A stretch of 37,881 bases of DNA from a virus (taxonomy: Duplodnaviria; Caudoviricetes), in IMG/VR virus record IMGVR_UViG_3300022177_000054, positions 1 through 37,881 of that record. One strand, 5' to 3'. Each line of letters begins with the position of its first letter. The stretch's first letter is position 1. Shown piece after piece: positions 17,404-26,698 of the stretch. A program made the translations under genes and the position numbers. Under the pieces are notes generated by a model that worked only from the letters and a program-made list of their open reading frames with translations, did not search any database and was not told where the DNA came from.

Positions 17404-18940
17404 TGAAGCTAAAGCGCAACATGCTGTTAATTTTATCAACTGCTTAAAGCATACTAAAGGTCAGTGGAGAGGTGTTCCTTTCGATTTATTGCCTTGGCAG
17501 GATAAAATCATTCGGGACATATTTGGAAATCTAAAAGACAATGGCTATAGGCAGTATAATACTGCTTACATAGAAATACCTAAAAAGAATGGAAAAAGTG
17601 AGCTGGCAGCTGCGGTTGCGCTTCTTATGACCTGCGGAGATGGTGAATGGGGAGCAGAGGTATATGGCTGTGCGTCTGATCGGCAGCAGGCATCAATAGT
17701 GTTTGACGTAGCAGTTGATATGATAGACCAATCTCCGGCACTTAAAAAAAGAATAAAGCCAATCATGTCGGTTAAGAGACTGGTTTACAAACCTACGAAT
17801 AGTTTCTACCAGGTGCTTTCAGCAGAAGCATATACCAAGCATGGTCTTAACGTCCATGCGGTGGTGTTTGACGAGCTACATGCTCAGCCAAACAGGGATT
17901 TGTTTGATGTCATGACCAAAGGTTCTGGTGATGCCAGATTACAGCCTCTATTTTTCTTGATCACTACTGCAGGTACAGATAGAAACTCCATCTGTTTTGA
18001 GCAGCATCAAAAAGCAGTAGACATTTTAGAGGGTAGAAAGATTGATTCTACATTTTATCCGGTGATTTATGGTATAGATGACAATGCTAATTGGGGAGAT
18101 GAAAAGAATTGGTACAGGGCTAATCCATCACTTGGCCATACTATTGACATAGAAAAAGTTAGAAATGCTTTTAACAGTGCGAAAGAAAACCCGGCGGAGG
18201 AGAATATATTCAGACAGCTAAGGCTGAATCAGTGGGTAAAGCAGTCTGTCCGTTGGATGCCAATGGAGCTTTGGGATAAATGCTCTTTTCCTGTGGATGC
18301 AGAAAAATTAAGAGGAAGAGAGTGTTATGGGGGACTTGACCTTTCAAGTTCCAACGACATAACAGCCTTTGTGCTGGTATTTCCGCCTATACCCGGAGAT
18401 GACAAATTCTATGTTCTTCCTCACTTTTGGATTCCGGAGGAGAATTTGAAGCTGAGAGTCAGAAGAGACCATGTGCCTTACGATGTCTGGAAGCAACAGG
18501 GGCATTTACATACAACAGAGGGGAACGTAATACATTATGGTTTTATAGAGAAATTCATAGAGGAATTGGGTATGAAATACAACATCAAGGAAATAGCCTT
18601 TGACCGATGGGGAGCTGTGCAGATGGTACAAAACCTTGAGGGTCTGGGCTTTACTGTGGTTCCTTTTGGACAGGGGTTTAAAGATATGTCACCGCCAACC
18701 AAGGAATTAATGAAGCTAACTATGGAAAATAGAATAGCCCATGGAGGGCAGCCTGTACTTTCTTGGATGATGGACAACATTCATGTAAGAACAGACCCGG
18801 CTGGGAATGTTAAGCCGGATAAAGACAAATCTACTGAGAAGATAGATGGAGCAGTAGCAATGATTATGGCCTTGGATAGGTCTGTAAGGAATGAGAGTAA
18901 GGAATCAGTTTATAATGAGCGGGGTATTTTGATACTTTAA
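17396..18940 (+). CDS. terL: Terminase large subunit
   Basis: PKKNGKS Walker A, FDELH Walker B, ITTAG, GLDLS, KIDG. Confidence 0.96.
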   Translation: MFDEAKAQHAVNFINCLKHTKGQWRGVPFDLLPWQDKIIRDIFGNLKDNGYRQYNTAYIEIPKKNGKSELAAAVALLMTCGDGEWGAEVYGCASDRQQASIVFDVAVDMIDQSPALKKRIKPIMSVKRLVYKPTNSFYQVLSAEAYTKHGLNVHAVVFDELHAQPNRDLFDVMTKGSGDARLQPLFFLITTAGTDRNSICFEQHQKAVDILEGRKIDSTFYPVIYGIDDNANWGDEKNWYRANPSLGHTIDIEKVRNAFNSAKENPAEENIFRQLRLNQWVKQSVRWMPMELWDKCSFPVDAEKLRGRECYGGLDLSSSNDITAFVLVFPPIPGDDKFYVLPHFWIPEENLKLRVRRDHVPYDVWKQQGHLHTTEGNVIHYGFIEKFIEELGMKYNIKEIAFDRWGAVQMVQNLEGLGFTVVPFGQGFKDMSPPTKELMKLTMENRIAHGGQPVLSWMMDNIHVRTDPAGNVKPDKDKSTEKIDGAVAMIMALDRSVRNESKESVYNERGILIL

Positions 18941-18981
18941 AAATAACTTCCAAGGAGTAAAATGGATATAAAAATTCGTTT

Positions 18982-19039
18982 TTGGGTATAAATAATACCT
19001 AATTGAGCATTTACAATACCCAATTAGGATGGTATCCTA
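18982..19039. promoter_or_regulatory. Operator-like repeats upstream of the moron
   Basis: TTGGGTAT (18982) inverted to ATACCYAA; AATACCYAATT at 18994 and 19015; TAGGAT-GGT-ATCCTA. Confidence 0.5.
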
Positions 19040-19056
19040 TAAATGAGGTGAAGTTC

Positions 19057-19509
19057 ATGGACATTAGACAATTTATGTCAATAGCAGATATAGTTAATAA
19101 CTTCAGCGAAGCAGAAAAAATTTTGAATGAATACGGTGAAGTAATTATTATCAGTGAAGACAAGCCTAAATATGTTTTAATAGGGATTGATAAGTATAAT
19201 GATATATTAAAAGGCAGAGAGGGAGGCATAATGGATAAAACAAATAAAGATCTAATGAATACACTTAATAAGATAGGCAAAAGCACATTTGTTGACTATT
19301 ATTATGTATTTAAAAATGATGATGACCCTATAAGTAAACTTCCTCAAGAATTCACATTAAACTCCAAACGTTCGCGTACATCAAAGGCTCGTAGTATTTT
19401 CCGCGACAATTTAAACTTGGAAGCACTTCAGATTATTATTTCATCAAATCGATTGGATTCAGAGCTTATTGAAAAAGCAAAAGAGATTTATAAGAATGAA
19501 ATAAAGTAG
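19057..19509 (+). CDS. Phd/YefM antitoxin-like N-terminus fused to an unknown domain
   Basis: SIADIVNNFS...GEVIII...KPKYVLI pattern; AT-rich; internal GGAGG before in-frame ATG 19231. Confidence 0.7.
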   Translation: MDIRQFMSIADIVNNFSEAEKILNEYGEVIIISEDKPKYVLIGIDKYNDILKGREGGIMDKTNKDLMNTLNKIGKSTFVDYYYVFKNDDDPISKLPQEFTLNSKRSRTSKARSIFRDNLNLEALQIIISSNRLDSELIEKAKEIYKNEIK

Positions 19510-19537
19510 AATATAAGCATTGAGAAAGTGAGGAAAT

Positions 19538-20053
19538 ATGGCGAATACAAACTTACTTAAAACTGTAGTTGAAAAAGAAATGATTGATGCTTTCAGCAAA
19601 AAATATAGTATTCTACCTATTAATCTATCAAAAAAACAGATGCATGAAATATTTGATGATATGGAGCCTGATTTAATAGGCTATCATATTCAAGAAAAGG
19701 CTCTATATTTAGGAGAAATTACAACATCAGGATATATGGGACAAAAAAATCGTGATTACCATGTGGGTGCAGTTAAGAAAGTATTTGAAGCCTTCTCAAG
19801 GTTTTATTTGTTCCATGATGACTTTTTAAATATTATTCAAAGAGCTAAAAAAGCAAATATTGGCATTGAAATAGAATCGCTTAAATGTTTTTTCATTGTC
19901 CCAGAAGGGAGTAGATTTATTAAGGCACTTGGATATAGGGAGAAATTGTTTAAAACAGGCCACATGAGTTTAGAAACAATTTCACTTACTGAAGAGGCGC
20001 ATTCAATAATGCTTCAAGTTTTAAAAAAGTCAAAAGATGAAATGAAACTGTAG
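19538..20053 (+). CDS. Hypothetical protein, possible PD-(D/E)xK nuclease fold
   Basis: E...EPDLIG...LYLGEIT; AT-rich moron gene. Confidence 0.5.
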   Translation: MANTNLLKTVVEKEMIDAFSKKYSILPINLSKKQMHEIFDDMEPDLIGYHIQEKALYLGEITTSGYMGQKNRDYHVGAVKKVFEAFSRFYLFHDDFLNIIQRAKKANIGIEIESLKCFFIVPEGSRFIKALGYREKLFKTGHMSLETISLTEEAHSIMLQVLKKSKDEMKL

Positions 20054-20074
20054 TCGATACTGAATCGTAAAGTT

Positions 20075-20098
20075 AGCGCTCTTAATTGAGTGCTTTTT
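20075..20098 (+). terminator. Moron terminator
   Basis: AGCGCTC-TTAATT-GAGTGCT-TTTT. Confidence 0.7.
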
Positions 20099-20126
20099 CA
20101 TGCCCGTTTTCAGGAGGTGAAGACAT

Positions 20127-21365
20127 TTGAAAATACCTATACTATCAAAGATTTTTAGGTCGAGAGCAGACCCAACAAATACCATGTGGCAAAGTGCCTA
20201 CAGTTTCTTCTTCGGTCCTACACCAAGTGGCAAAGTAGTCAATGAGAGGACTGCAATGCAGACAACGGCTGTGTATGCATGCGTAAGAATATTGGCGGAA
20301 ACCATTGCATCCTTGCCTCTGCATATCTATAAAAGAACCGATAGGGGAAAGGAAAAAGCTTTTGATCATCAACTGCATTACATTTTACATGACGAGCCAA
20401 GCCCTGAGATGACTTCATTTGTGTTTAGAGAGACACTTATGGGTCATCTTTTGCTTTGGGGGAATGCATATGCCCAGATTATCAGGGACGGTAGAGGGAA
20501 AGTTGTGGCGCTGTATCCGCTAATGCCAGATAAGATGTCTGTTTGCAGAAGCGATAATGGCGAGATTTATTACAGTTATAGCAAGGCTGGTAGGGTGCAT
20601 ATACTTCGATATTGGGAAGTGCTGCACATTCCAGGCCTTGGATTTGATGGTCTTGTGGGATATTCTCCAATAGCCATGGCTAAAAACGCAATAGGCATGG
20701 CAATAGCAACGGAGGAGTATGGAGCAGCCTTTTTCAACAACGGGGCCAATCCTGGTGGAGTGCTTGAGCATCCGGGGATTTTAAAGGATCCTGCCAAGGT
20801 CAGAGACAGCTGGAACAGCGTTTATGGCGGTAGCGGGAATGCCCACAAAGTGGCTGTTTTGGAGGAGGGCATGAGCTTCAAGCCCATTGGAATACCTCCA
20901 GAACAAGCACAGTTTCTGCAGACCAGGAAGTTTCAAATTAATGAAATTGCCCGTATATTCAGGATACCGCCACACATGGTTGGGGACCTTGAAAAATCGA
21001 GCTTTTCAAACATAGAGCAGCAGTCGCTGGAATTTGTGAAATACACACTCGATCCTTGGGTTGTCCGATTGGAGATGGCCATGAAAAAAGCCCTTCTATC
21101 TCCAGGCGAGAAGAAGGATTACTTTATTAAGCTGAACGTTGATGGACTGCTTCGGGGAGACTACGCATCGAGGATGCAGGGCTACAGCATAGGCATTCAA
21201 AACGGCTTTTTAAGCCCAAACGATGTAAGAGCGCTGGAGGACATGAACACCATAGAGCCTGGGGACGTGTATGTGGCTAACGGAAACCTGCTGAAGCTCG
21301 AAGACATAGGCGCTTACGCTAAGAAGGAACTAAACAGTGAAAAGGAAGGAGGGAATAATAGATGA
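20127..21365 (+). CDS. Portal protein, HK97 family
   Basis: AVYACV..LAETIASLP, LLLWGNAY, G.SPI, IARIFRIPP. Confidence 0.95.
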   Translation: MKIPILSKIFRSRADPTNTMWQSAYSFFFGPTPSGKVVNERTAMQTTAVYACVRILAETIASLPLHIYKRTDRGKEKAFDHQLHYILHDEPSPEMTSFVFRETLMGHLLLWGNAYAQIIRDGRGKVVALYPLMPDKMSVCRSDNGEIYYSYSKAGRVHILRYWEVLHIPGLGFDGLVGYSPIAMAKNAIGMAIATEEYGAAFFNNGANPGGVLEHPGILKDPAKVRDSWNSVYGGSGNAHKVAVLEEGMSFKPIGIPPEQAQFLQTRKFQINEIARIFRIPPHMVGDLEKSSFSNIEQQSLEFVKYTLDPWVVRLEMAMKKALLSPGEKKDYFIKLNVDGLLRGDYASRMQGYSIGIQNGFLSPNDVRALEDMNTIEPGDVYVANGNLLKLEDIGAYAKKELNSEKEGGNNR

Positions 21366-22072
21366 AGTTTTGGAACTGGATAAAAAATGAAGATGGAAGA
21401 ATCCTCTATCTTGACGGCTACATAGCTCAAGAGAGCTGGTTTGAGGATGAAGTGTCTCCAAGGGAATTTAGAGCTGAACTCGAAGCGACCAAGGACGACA
21501 TAACTCTTTTTATAAACTCGCCGGGTGGCGACTGCTTTGCCGCAAGCCAGATATATACCATGCTAAAGGAATATCCGGGCAAGGTAAGTGTTAAAATTGA
21601 CGGACTAGCGGCCAGCGCCGCATCAGTGATTGCAATGGCGGGAGATGAAGTGTTAATGTCTCCGACATCAATGCTCATGATCCATAACCCGAGCACAATT
21701 ATTTGGGGCGAGGAAGCCGACATGCAGCGTGGAATTGAAATGCTAGCGCAGGTAAAAGAGAGCATTATCAATGCATATGAGGCAAAGACAGGGCTTTCAA
21801 GAAAAGAAATTTCGCAGATGATGGACAGGGAAACCTGGATGAGCGCCAACAAGGCCCACGTAATGGGATTTTGCGACAAGGTGCTCTATACAGAGAATGA
21901 AGCAGTGCCTGAAGCCTTGATGAATGGCTTTATGTTCGACAAGGCAACGGTTACTAATAATTTCATGGGGAAATTCAATAAAGCAAAAAGGCAGAATATG
22001 CAAAATCAAAAGGAAGAAATAATGGGAACCCCATATGAGCATCTGGCCAAAAGGCTAGAGCTACTTAAATAG
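21362..22072 (+). CDS. ClpP-like prohead protease
   Basis: INSPGG, GLAASAAS, MIHNP, ETW motifs. Confidence 0.93.
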   Translation: MKFWNWIKNEDGRILYLDGYIAQESWFEDEVSPREFRAELEATKDDITLFINSPGGDCFAASQIYTMLKEYPGKVSVKIDGLAASAASVIAMAGDEVLMSPTSMLMIHNPSTIIWGEEADMQRGIEMLAQVKESIINAYEAKTGLSRKEISQMMDRETWMSANKAHVMGFCDKVLYTENEAVPEALMNGFMFDKATVTNNFMGKFNKAKRQNMQNQKEEIMGTPYEHLAKRLELLK

Positions 22073-22084
22073 GAGGAATGCATA

Positions 22085-23281
22085 GTGAATAAAATTTTAG
22101 ATCTAAGGGAAAAAAGAGCGAGAGTTTGGGACAGCGCCAAGACGTTTTTAGACAGTAGAAGAGGAGAAAACGGTCTGCTGTCTGCAGAAGACACGGCTAC
22201 CTATGAAAAAATGGAATCAGATGTTTTGGCACTGGGGAAAGAAATCGAAAGACTCGAAAGGCAAGTTGCCCTTGATCTAGAGCTTTCAAAGGCTACCAGC
22301 AATCCTATCACATCAATGCCGGGCTTTAATGCAGACACAGAAAAGCAGGGAAGAGCCTCAAGTGAGTATGAGAGAGCTTTCTGGAATGCTATGAGAAACA
22401 AGGGAAGCTATGATGTTCAAAATGCCCTCAAGATTGGAACTGATTCAGAGGGTGGCTATCTTGTGCCGGATGAGTTTGAAAGGACACTTATACAGGCGCT
22501 AAACGATGCAAACACCATGAGAAGCATAGCAAAAGTCATCACAACATCTTACGGAGACAGACAAATTCCAGTAGTTTCCTCAAAAGGAACAGCTTCCTGG
22601 ATTGAAGAGGGAGCAGCCTTCAGCGAGAGCGACGATGCTTTTGGTCAAGTGATCCTGGGAGCTCACAAGCTAGGAACTATAATAAAGATTTCAGAGGAGC
22701 TCCTAAACGACAGCGTATTCAACTTGGAGCAATATGTCGCCACGGAATTCGCAAGAAGAATAGGATCAAAAGAGGAAGAAGCATTCTTTGTCGGGGATGC
22801 ATCAGGAAAGCCAACGGGAATTTTCAACTCAACCGGAGGGGCACAGCTGGGCATTACAGCTGCAAGCAGCACAGCTGTAAAAATTGATGAAGTTATAGAC
22901 CTTTTCTACTCGCTTAAGTCACCCTACAGGGAAAAGGCTACGTTCGTAACAAACGATGCGACTGTAAAAGAGATAAGAAAGCTTAAAGATGGAAACGGCC
23001 AGTATCTGTGGCAACCATCGCTCGTAGCTGGGGAGTCAGATACGATCCTTAATAGGCCGGTAAAAACGTCGGTATACGTTCCAACTATCGAAGCCGGATC
23101 AAAGGTCATGGCGTTTGGAGACTTCTCGTACTACTGGATAGCAGATAGGCAGGGCAGATCATTCCAAAGACTAAACGAGCTTTATGCGGCAACAGGCCAA
23201 GTAGGATTCAAGGTTACTCAAAGAGTTGATGGAAAGCTGACTCTGCCTGAAGCCATAAAAGTTCTCCAGATGAAAGCGTAG
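22085..23281 (+). CDS. Major capsid protein, HK97 fold
   Basis: Coiled-coil delta domain; GGYLVP; LKDGNGQYLW; FGDF. Confidence 0.95.
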   Translation: MNKILDLREKRARVWDSAKTFLDSRRGENGLLSAEDTATYEKMESDVLALGKEIERLERQVALDLELSKATSNPITSMPGFNADTEKQGRASSEYERAFWNAMRNKGSYDVQNALKIGTDSEGGYLVPDEFERTLIQALNDANTMRSIAKVITTSYGDRQIPVVSSKGTASWIEEGAAFSESDDAFGQVILGAHKLGTIIKISEELLNDSVFNLEQYVATEFARRIGSKEEEAFFVGDASGKPTGIFNSTGGAQLGITAASSTAVKIDEVIDLFYSLKSPYREKATFVTNDATVKEIRKLKDGNGQYLWQPSLVAGESDTILNRPVKTSVYVPTIEAGSKVMAFGDFSYYWIADRQGRSFQRLNELYAATGQVGFKVTQRVDGKLTLPEAIKVLQMKA

Positions 23282-23290
23282 GTGAACAGG

Positions 23291-23512
23291 ATGAGTAATG
23301 TAAAAAACTATACAGAGCAAGGCGGAGAAAAAACTGTAATAGGCGGTGTTCTTGAAATTGTAGAGGGTGGCCAGGTTGTCGGTCTGCCCTCTGCTTTTAC
23401 TCCAGCGGCGTTTCAAGCTGACAGCAGCGCATCGACAATCGCAGGACTGGTAGTCGATTTTAATACTTTGCTTACTAAGCTCAAAGTCGCAGGACTCATG
23501 GCATCTGAGTAA
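23291..23512 (+). CDS. Small head fibre/decoration-like protein
   Basis: NYTEQGG.KTVIGG; FNTLLTKLKVAGLM; directly after capsid gene. Confidence 0.6.
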   Translation: MSNVKNYTEQGGEKTVIGGVLEIVEGGQVVGLPSAFTPAAFQADSSASTIAGLVVDFNTLLTKLKVAGLMASE

Positions 23513-23530
23513 TGAAAGGGGGTGGGCGTG

Positions 23531-23806
23531 TTGGTCGTTACACTTGAAGAAGCAAAGCTTTATCTAAGGGTAGATAGTGATGAGGACGATACGCTCATCA
23601 CTGATTTTATAAATGCTGCTCAGGAACTTTGTGAGGGTATACTTCGCTATCCGATTACGGAATTTATAGCAATACCTGAAGCCGTGAAACAATCTATCCT
23701 TTATGCAATCGCCAATTTTTATGAGCAACGTGAGAACATAGACATGAAAGCTGTAATTGATGTCATGACTAGGCTCTTGTTTGCTTATCGCAAAGAGGGG
23801 TGGTAG
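23531..23806 (+). CDS. Head-tail connector (gp6-like)
   Basis: TLEEAKLYLRVD...FYEQRE. Confidence 0.9.
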   Translation: MVVTLEEAKLYLRVDSDEDDTLITDFINAAQELCEGILRYPITEFIAIPEAVKQSILYAIANFYEQRENIDMKAVIDVMTRLLFAYRKEGW

Positions 23807-23808
23807 GC

Positions 23809-24135
23809 GTGAGCGTAGGAGAAATGAGACATCGAATCACCTTTCAAAGGATAACTAATGCAGCAAATGAAAACGGCTTTGAAAGCGAGACATTGGAGGA
23901 TTACAAAACTGTGTGGGCTTCAGTTTCAAACCTGCAGGGCAAGGAATATTTTGCAGCCAAGGCGGTCCAGGAGGAAAACACAGTCAAGTTTACAATCAGA
24001 TACCTTGCAGGGCTCGACCAGACGATGAAGATTCTGTTTCAAGGCAAAGTCTACAACATTACATCTATCGATAACATCAAGTATAAGAATAGATACGTGG
24101 AGATTAATGCGGCGGAGGTGGAGCTTGGTGGCTAG
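23809..24135 (+). CDS. Head closure protein (SPP1 gp16-like)
   Basis: MRHRITFQ, VWASV, FTIRY. Confidence 0.88.
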   Translation: MSVGEMRHRITFQRITNAANENGFESETLEDYKTVWASVSNLQGKEYFAAKAVQEENTVKFTIRYLAGLDQTMKILFQGKVYNITSIDNIKYKNRYVEINAAEVELGG

Positions 24136-24526
24136 GATTGAACTCGAAGGGATGCAGGAGCTCATAGATAAAGTCAACAAGCTTGGCAGGCAGGGAGAAA
24201 TAATCAAGAAAAAAGCTCTTGATAGAGCAGGAAACATTGTAAAAGAGAGCATGGAACAAAAAGCGCCAAGATCTAAGCTGAGCAAAAGGCACATGGCAGA
24301 TAACATTAAAGTGTCGGAGATTGAACAAGAAAATGGTGTGGATTTCGTCAAAATTGGTCCGAATAAGGGCGATAACTCCGAATTTTTTTATTCAAAATTT
24401 TCCGAGTGGGGCACCTCTAAGATTCCAGCTCAGCACTGGGCGGAGAACTCGGTGCTGGAGAACAAGAAGAAAATCAACGATGTAATCAAAGAGGAGCTGG
24501 AAAGGGGGCTTGGTGAGCTTGATTAA
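24128..24526 (+). CDS. HK97 gp10-like tail component
   Basis: FYSKFSEWGTSK motif and position. Confidence 0.85.
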   Translation: MARIELEGMQELIDKVNKLGRQGEIIKKKALDRAGNIVKESMEQKAPRSKLSKRHMADNIKVSEIEQENGVDFVKIGPNKGDNSEFFYSKFSEWGTSKIPAQHWAENSVLENKKKINDVIKEELERGLGELD

Positions 24527-24854
24527 TAAACTTGTAATCGATACTTTAATGCCCCTTGGCGTTCCAGTAGGGTTTCAAAAGTATACGGGAACAACCCAAA
24601 CGTACATCACATTTCATGAGTATCTTCAGTCGGGCGAGGAATTCGAAGAAGATATGGAGATCTTTACAGGTCATTACATTCAAGTGGATGTGTGGTCAAA
24701 GACAGATTACACAGCTTTAGTCAGGAACATAAAGGCATTGCTGATTATTGCTGGGTTTAAAAGATTGGATGAGGCAGACTTTTACGAATCTGATACAGGT
24801 TTATATCACAAGGGTATCAGATTTTTTTATTTAGAATCGAAGGAGGTCGATTAG
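24519..24854 (+). CDS. Tail terminator/completion protein
   Basis: YITF, IQVDVWS, GLYH motifs and position. Confidence 0.75.
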   Translation: MINKLVIDTLMPLGVPVGFQKYTGTTQTYITFHEYLQSGEEFEEDMEIFTGHYIQVDVWSKTDYTALVRNIKALLIIAGFKRLDEADFYESDTGLYHKGIRFFYLESKEVD

Positions 24855-25427
24855 ATGGCAAGACAGATAGGACTTAGAGATATTCACATAGCCCTGCTAA
24901 CCAAGGACGATGATACTGGCGTCACTTACGAAGTACCAGCAAAGCTTGAGAGGGCTATAAGCGCTAAACTCTCTCCGAAGGCTAATTCAGAGAGCATTTA
25001 TTCAGATGATACAGTCGAGGACATAATAACTGCGTTTGAAGGAGTGGATGTTGAAATTGAAATCAATCAGCTCTCGCTTGAGAGCAGGGCAAAGCTCCAA
25101 GGATCCAAGGTGGTCAAAGGAGTGCTGATTGAAAGCAAGGATGACATGCCTCCAACGCTGGCACTTGGATTTAAATCAAAGAAAAACAACGGCAAATACC
25201 GCTATGTGTGGCTGCTCAAGGGTAAGTTCGAGCTGGCTTCTGACGAATACGACACAGAGGCGGAAAAGCCCCAGCCTAAGAGCGCAAAGCTAAAAGGCAC
25301 ATTCTTTGCCAGAGATAACGATGGGGACTACCGCTTTATTGCAGATGAGGATGCAACGGGGATCGATCAGACGATAATCTCTGCGTGGTTTACAGCGGTT
25401 CCGGCAGAACCTGTACCGGCACCGTAG
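24855..25427 (+). CDS. Major tail protein, phi13-like
   Basis: IGLRDIHIA, YSDD, ALGFKS, VWLLKGKF. Confidence 0.9.
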   Translation: MARQIGLRDIHIALLTKDDDTGVTYEVPAKLERAISAKLSPKANSESIYSDDTVEDIITAFEGVDVEIEINQLSLESRAKLQGSKVVKGVLIESKDDMPPTLALGFKSKKNNGKYRYVWLLKGKFELASDEYDTEAEKPQPKSAKLKGTFFARDNDGDYRFIADEDATGIDQTIISAWFTAVPAEPVPAP

Positions 25428-25447
25428 AGTTAGAAGATTGTTTTGGA

Positions 25448-25475
25448 TTGTTATTTGATAAATAATTGATATAAT
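25448..25475 (+). promoter_or_regulatory. Sigma-A promoter of the Nim-like moron
   Basis: TTGTTA-16 nt-TATAAT with extended -10 TG. Confidence 0.65.
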
Positions 25476-25555
25476 GTAGATGTTAGAAAATGTACAATTC
25501 GTTTTTTTGAAAAATGCTGAAGTAATAGTAGTTATATTAATGCGAGGAGGGTATC

Positions 25556-26032
25556 ATGAGAAGGGTTGATCGAGAAGTTGTATCATTCACTGAAAAGCTT
25601 GAGATTATCAACAAATGTAAGGTTTGCCGCATTGCTATGATTGATGCGAATAAACCGTATATTGTTCCATTGAATTTCGGATACAGCGTTGATGATAATA
25701 CAGTAACTCTGTTTTTTCACAGCGCCAAAGAGGGGCGAAAAGTTGATGTTTTAAGAAGTAATCCTGTCGTTTGCTTTGAAATGGATTGTGAAAACCAACT
25801 CATTACAGCGGATATACCCTGCAAATACGGATATGCTTTTGAAAGCATAATAGGAAACGGAAACATAACATTTATTGAAGATGTACATGAAAAAATGGTC
25901 GCATTAAATATGATTATGAAGCATCAGACAGGAAAGGAATTTACGTTTGACGAAAAATCTGTTGGAAGTGTCCTGGTATACAAGCTTGTTGTTACGGATT
26001 TAAGTGGGAAAAAGAAGGAAAAACGAGTATAA
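25556..26032 (+). CDS. Pyridoxamine 5'-phosphate oxidase-like flavin-binding protein, Nim family
   Basis: MRR.DRE, PYIVPLNFGY, FFHSAKEGRK, NP.VCF, ESIIG.G motifs. Confidence 0.85.
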   Translation: MRRVDREVVSFTEKLEIINKCKVCRIAMIDANKPYIVPLNFGYSVDDNTVTLFFHSAKEGRKVDVLRSNPVVCFEMDCENQLITADIPCKYGYAFESIIGNGNITFIEDVHEKMVALNMIMKHQTGKEFTFDEKSVGSVLVYKLVVTDLSGKKKEKRV

Positions 26033-26109
26033 TACGCATTTGATTTAATTCTATTTCTATAAATTGCGGCTGAACATTGTAGCCAACATTAACTGCATCT
26101 ATATTTTTT

Positions 26110-26138
26110 AGGATTTACTTTAAAGTAAGTCCTTTTTT
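26110..26138 (+). terminator. Moron terminator
   Basis: AGGATTTACT-TTAA-AGTAAGTCCT-TTTTT. Confidence 0.7.
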
Positions 26139-26166
26139 ATTTCCAGAAAAGATAGGAGGCGATGAC

Positions 26167-26490
26167 TTGAAAGCATCAGAATTAAAAAATAAAGGAATCA
26201 AATTCAAACTCGGAGCAAGGGAGTATGAGCTTAAATTCAACATGAACACCTTCTGTGAACTCGAGGAAATATACGGAGACATAGGCGAGGCGTTCGAGGA
26301 TCTCCAAAACATGAAAATCAAAGCGATAAGGGCCCTGATTTACGCAGCAGTCAAGGTCGAGAATGAATCAGTTACGCTAAAAGAGGTGGGAGAGCAACTG
26401 GGCCTTAACGATCTTGAAAGGCTAGGGAGTGCGATAAACGAAGCCTTGAACATATCAATGCCGGAGGTGGAAGAAACGATGGGGGAATAG
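26167..26490 (+). CDS. Tail assembly chaperone (gpG-like)
   Basis: Between major tail and tape measure; ends ATG GGG GAA TAG. Confidence 0.85.
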   Translation: MKASELKNKGIKFKLGAREYELKFNMNTFCELEEIYGDIGEAFEDLQNMKIKAIRALIYAAVKVENESVTLKEVGEQLGLNDLERLGSAINEALNISMPEVEETMGE

Positions 26491-26684
26491 AAAGCCACAC
26501 TAGTCAAGGAAACTGGGACTGGGGTTGGCTTTTTTACTTAGGAACAAACCTGCTAAAAATGGGCGAGGAACAGTTTTGGAACAGCACACCTAAGAAACTG
26601 CAGGCTCTCTTTAAAGTTTACAAGGCAGTCCATGGAATGGATGAAAACAAGGAGCTTGATTACATAGACAACATAATGTTTTAG
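26481..26684 (+). CDS. gpGT-like extension reached by -1 frameshift (not in ORF track)
   Basis: -1 frame is open from GGGGGAA to TAG 26684: ...WDWGWLFYLGTNLLKMGEEQFWNSTPKKLQAL... Confidence 0.75.
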   Translation, partial: GGIESHTSQGNWDWGWLFYLGTNLLKMGEEQFWNSTPKKLQALFKVYKAVHGMDENKELDYIDNIMF

Positions 26685-26698
26685 AGGAGGTGATGCGA

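Noticed and set aside
4824-18940. Introns or inteins in polymerase, primase or terminase
   Set aside because: ORFs are continuous and of ordinary length, with no splice motifs seen; the HNH-AP2 gene is free-standing.
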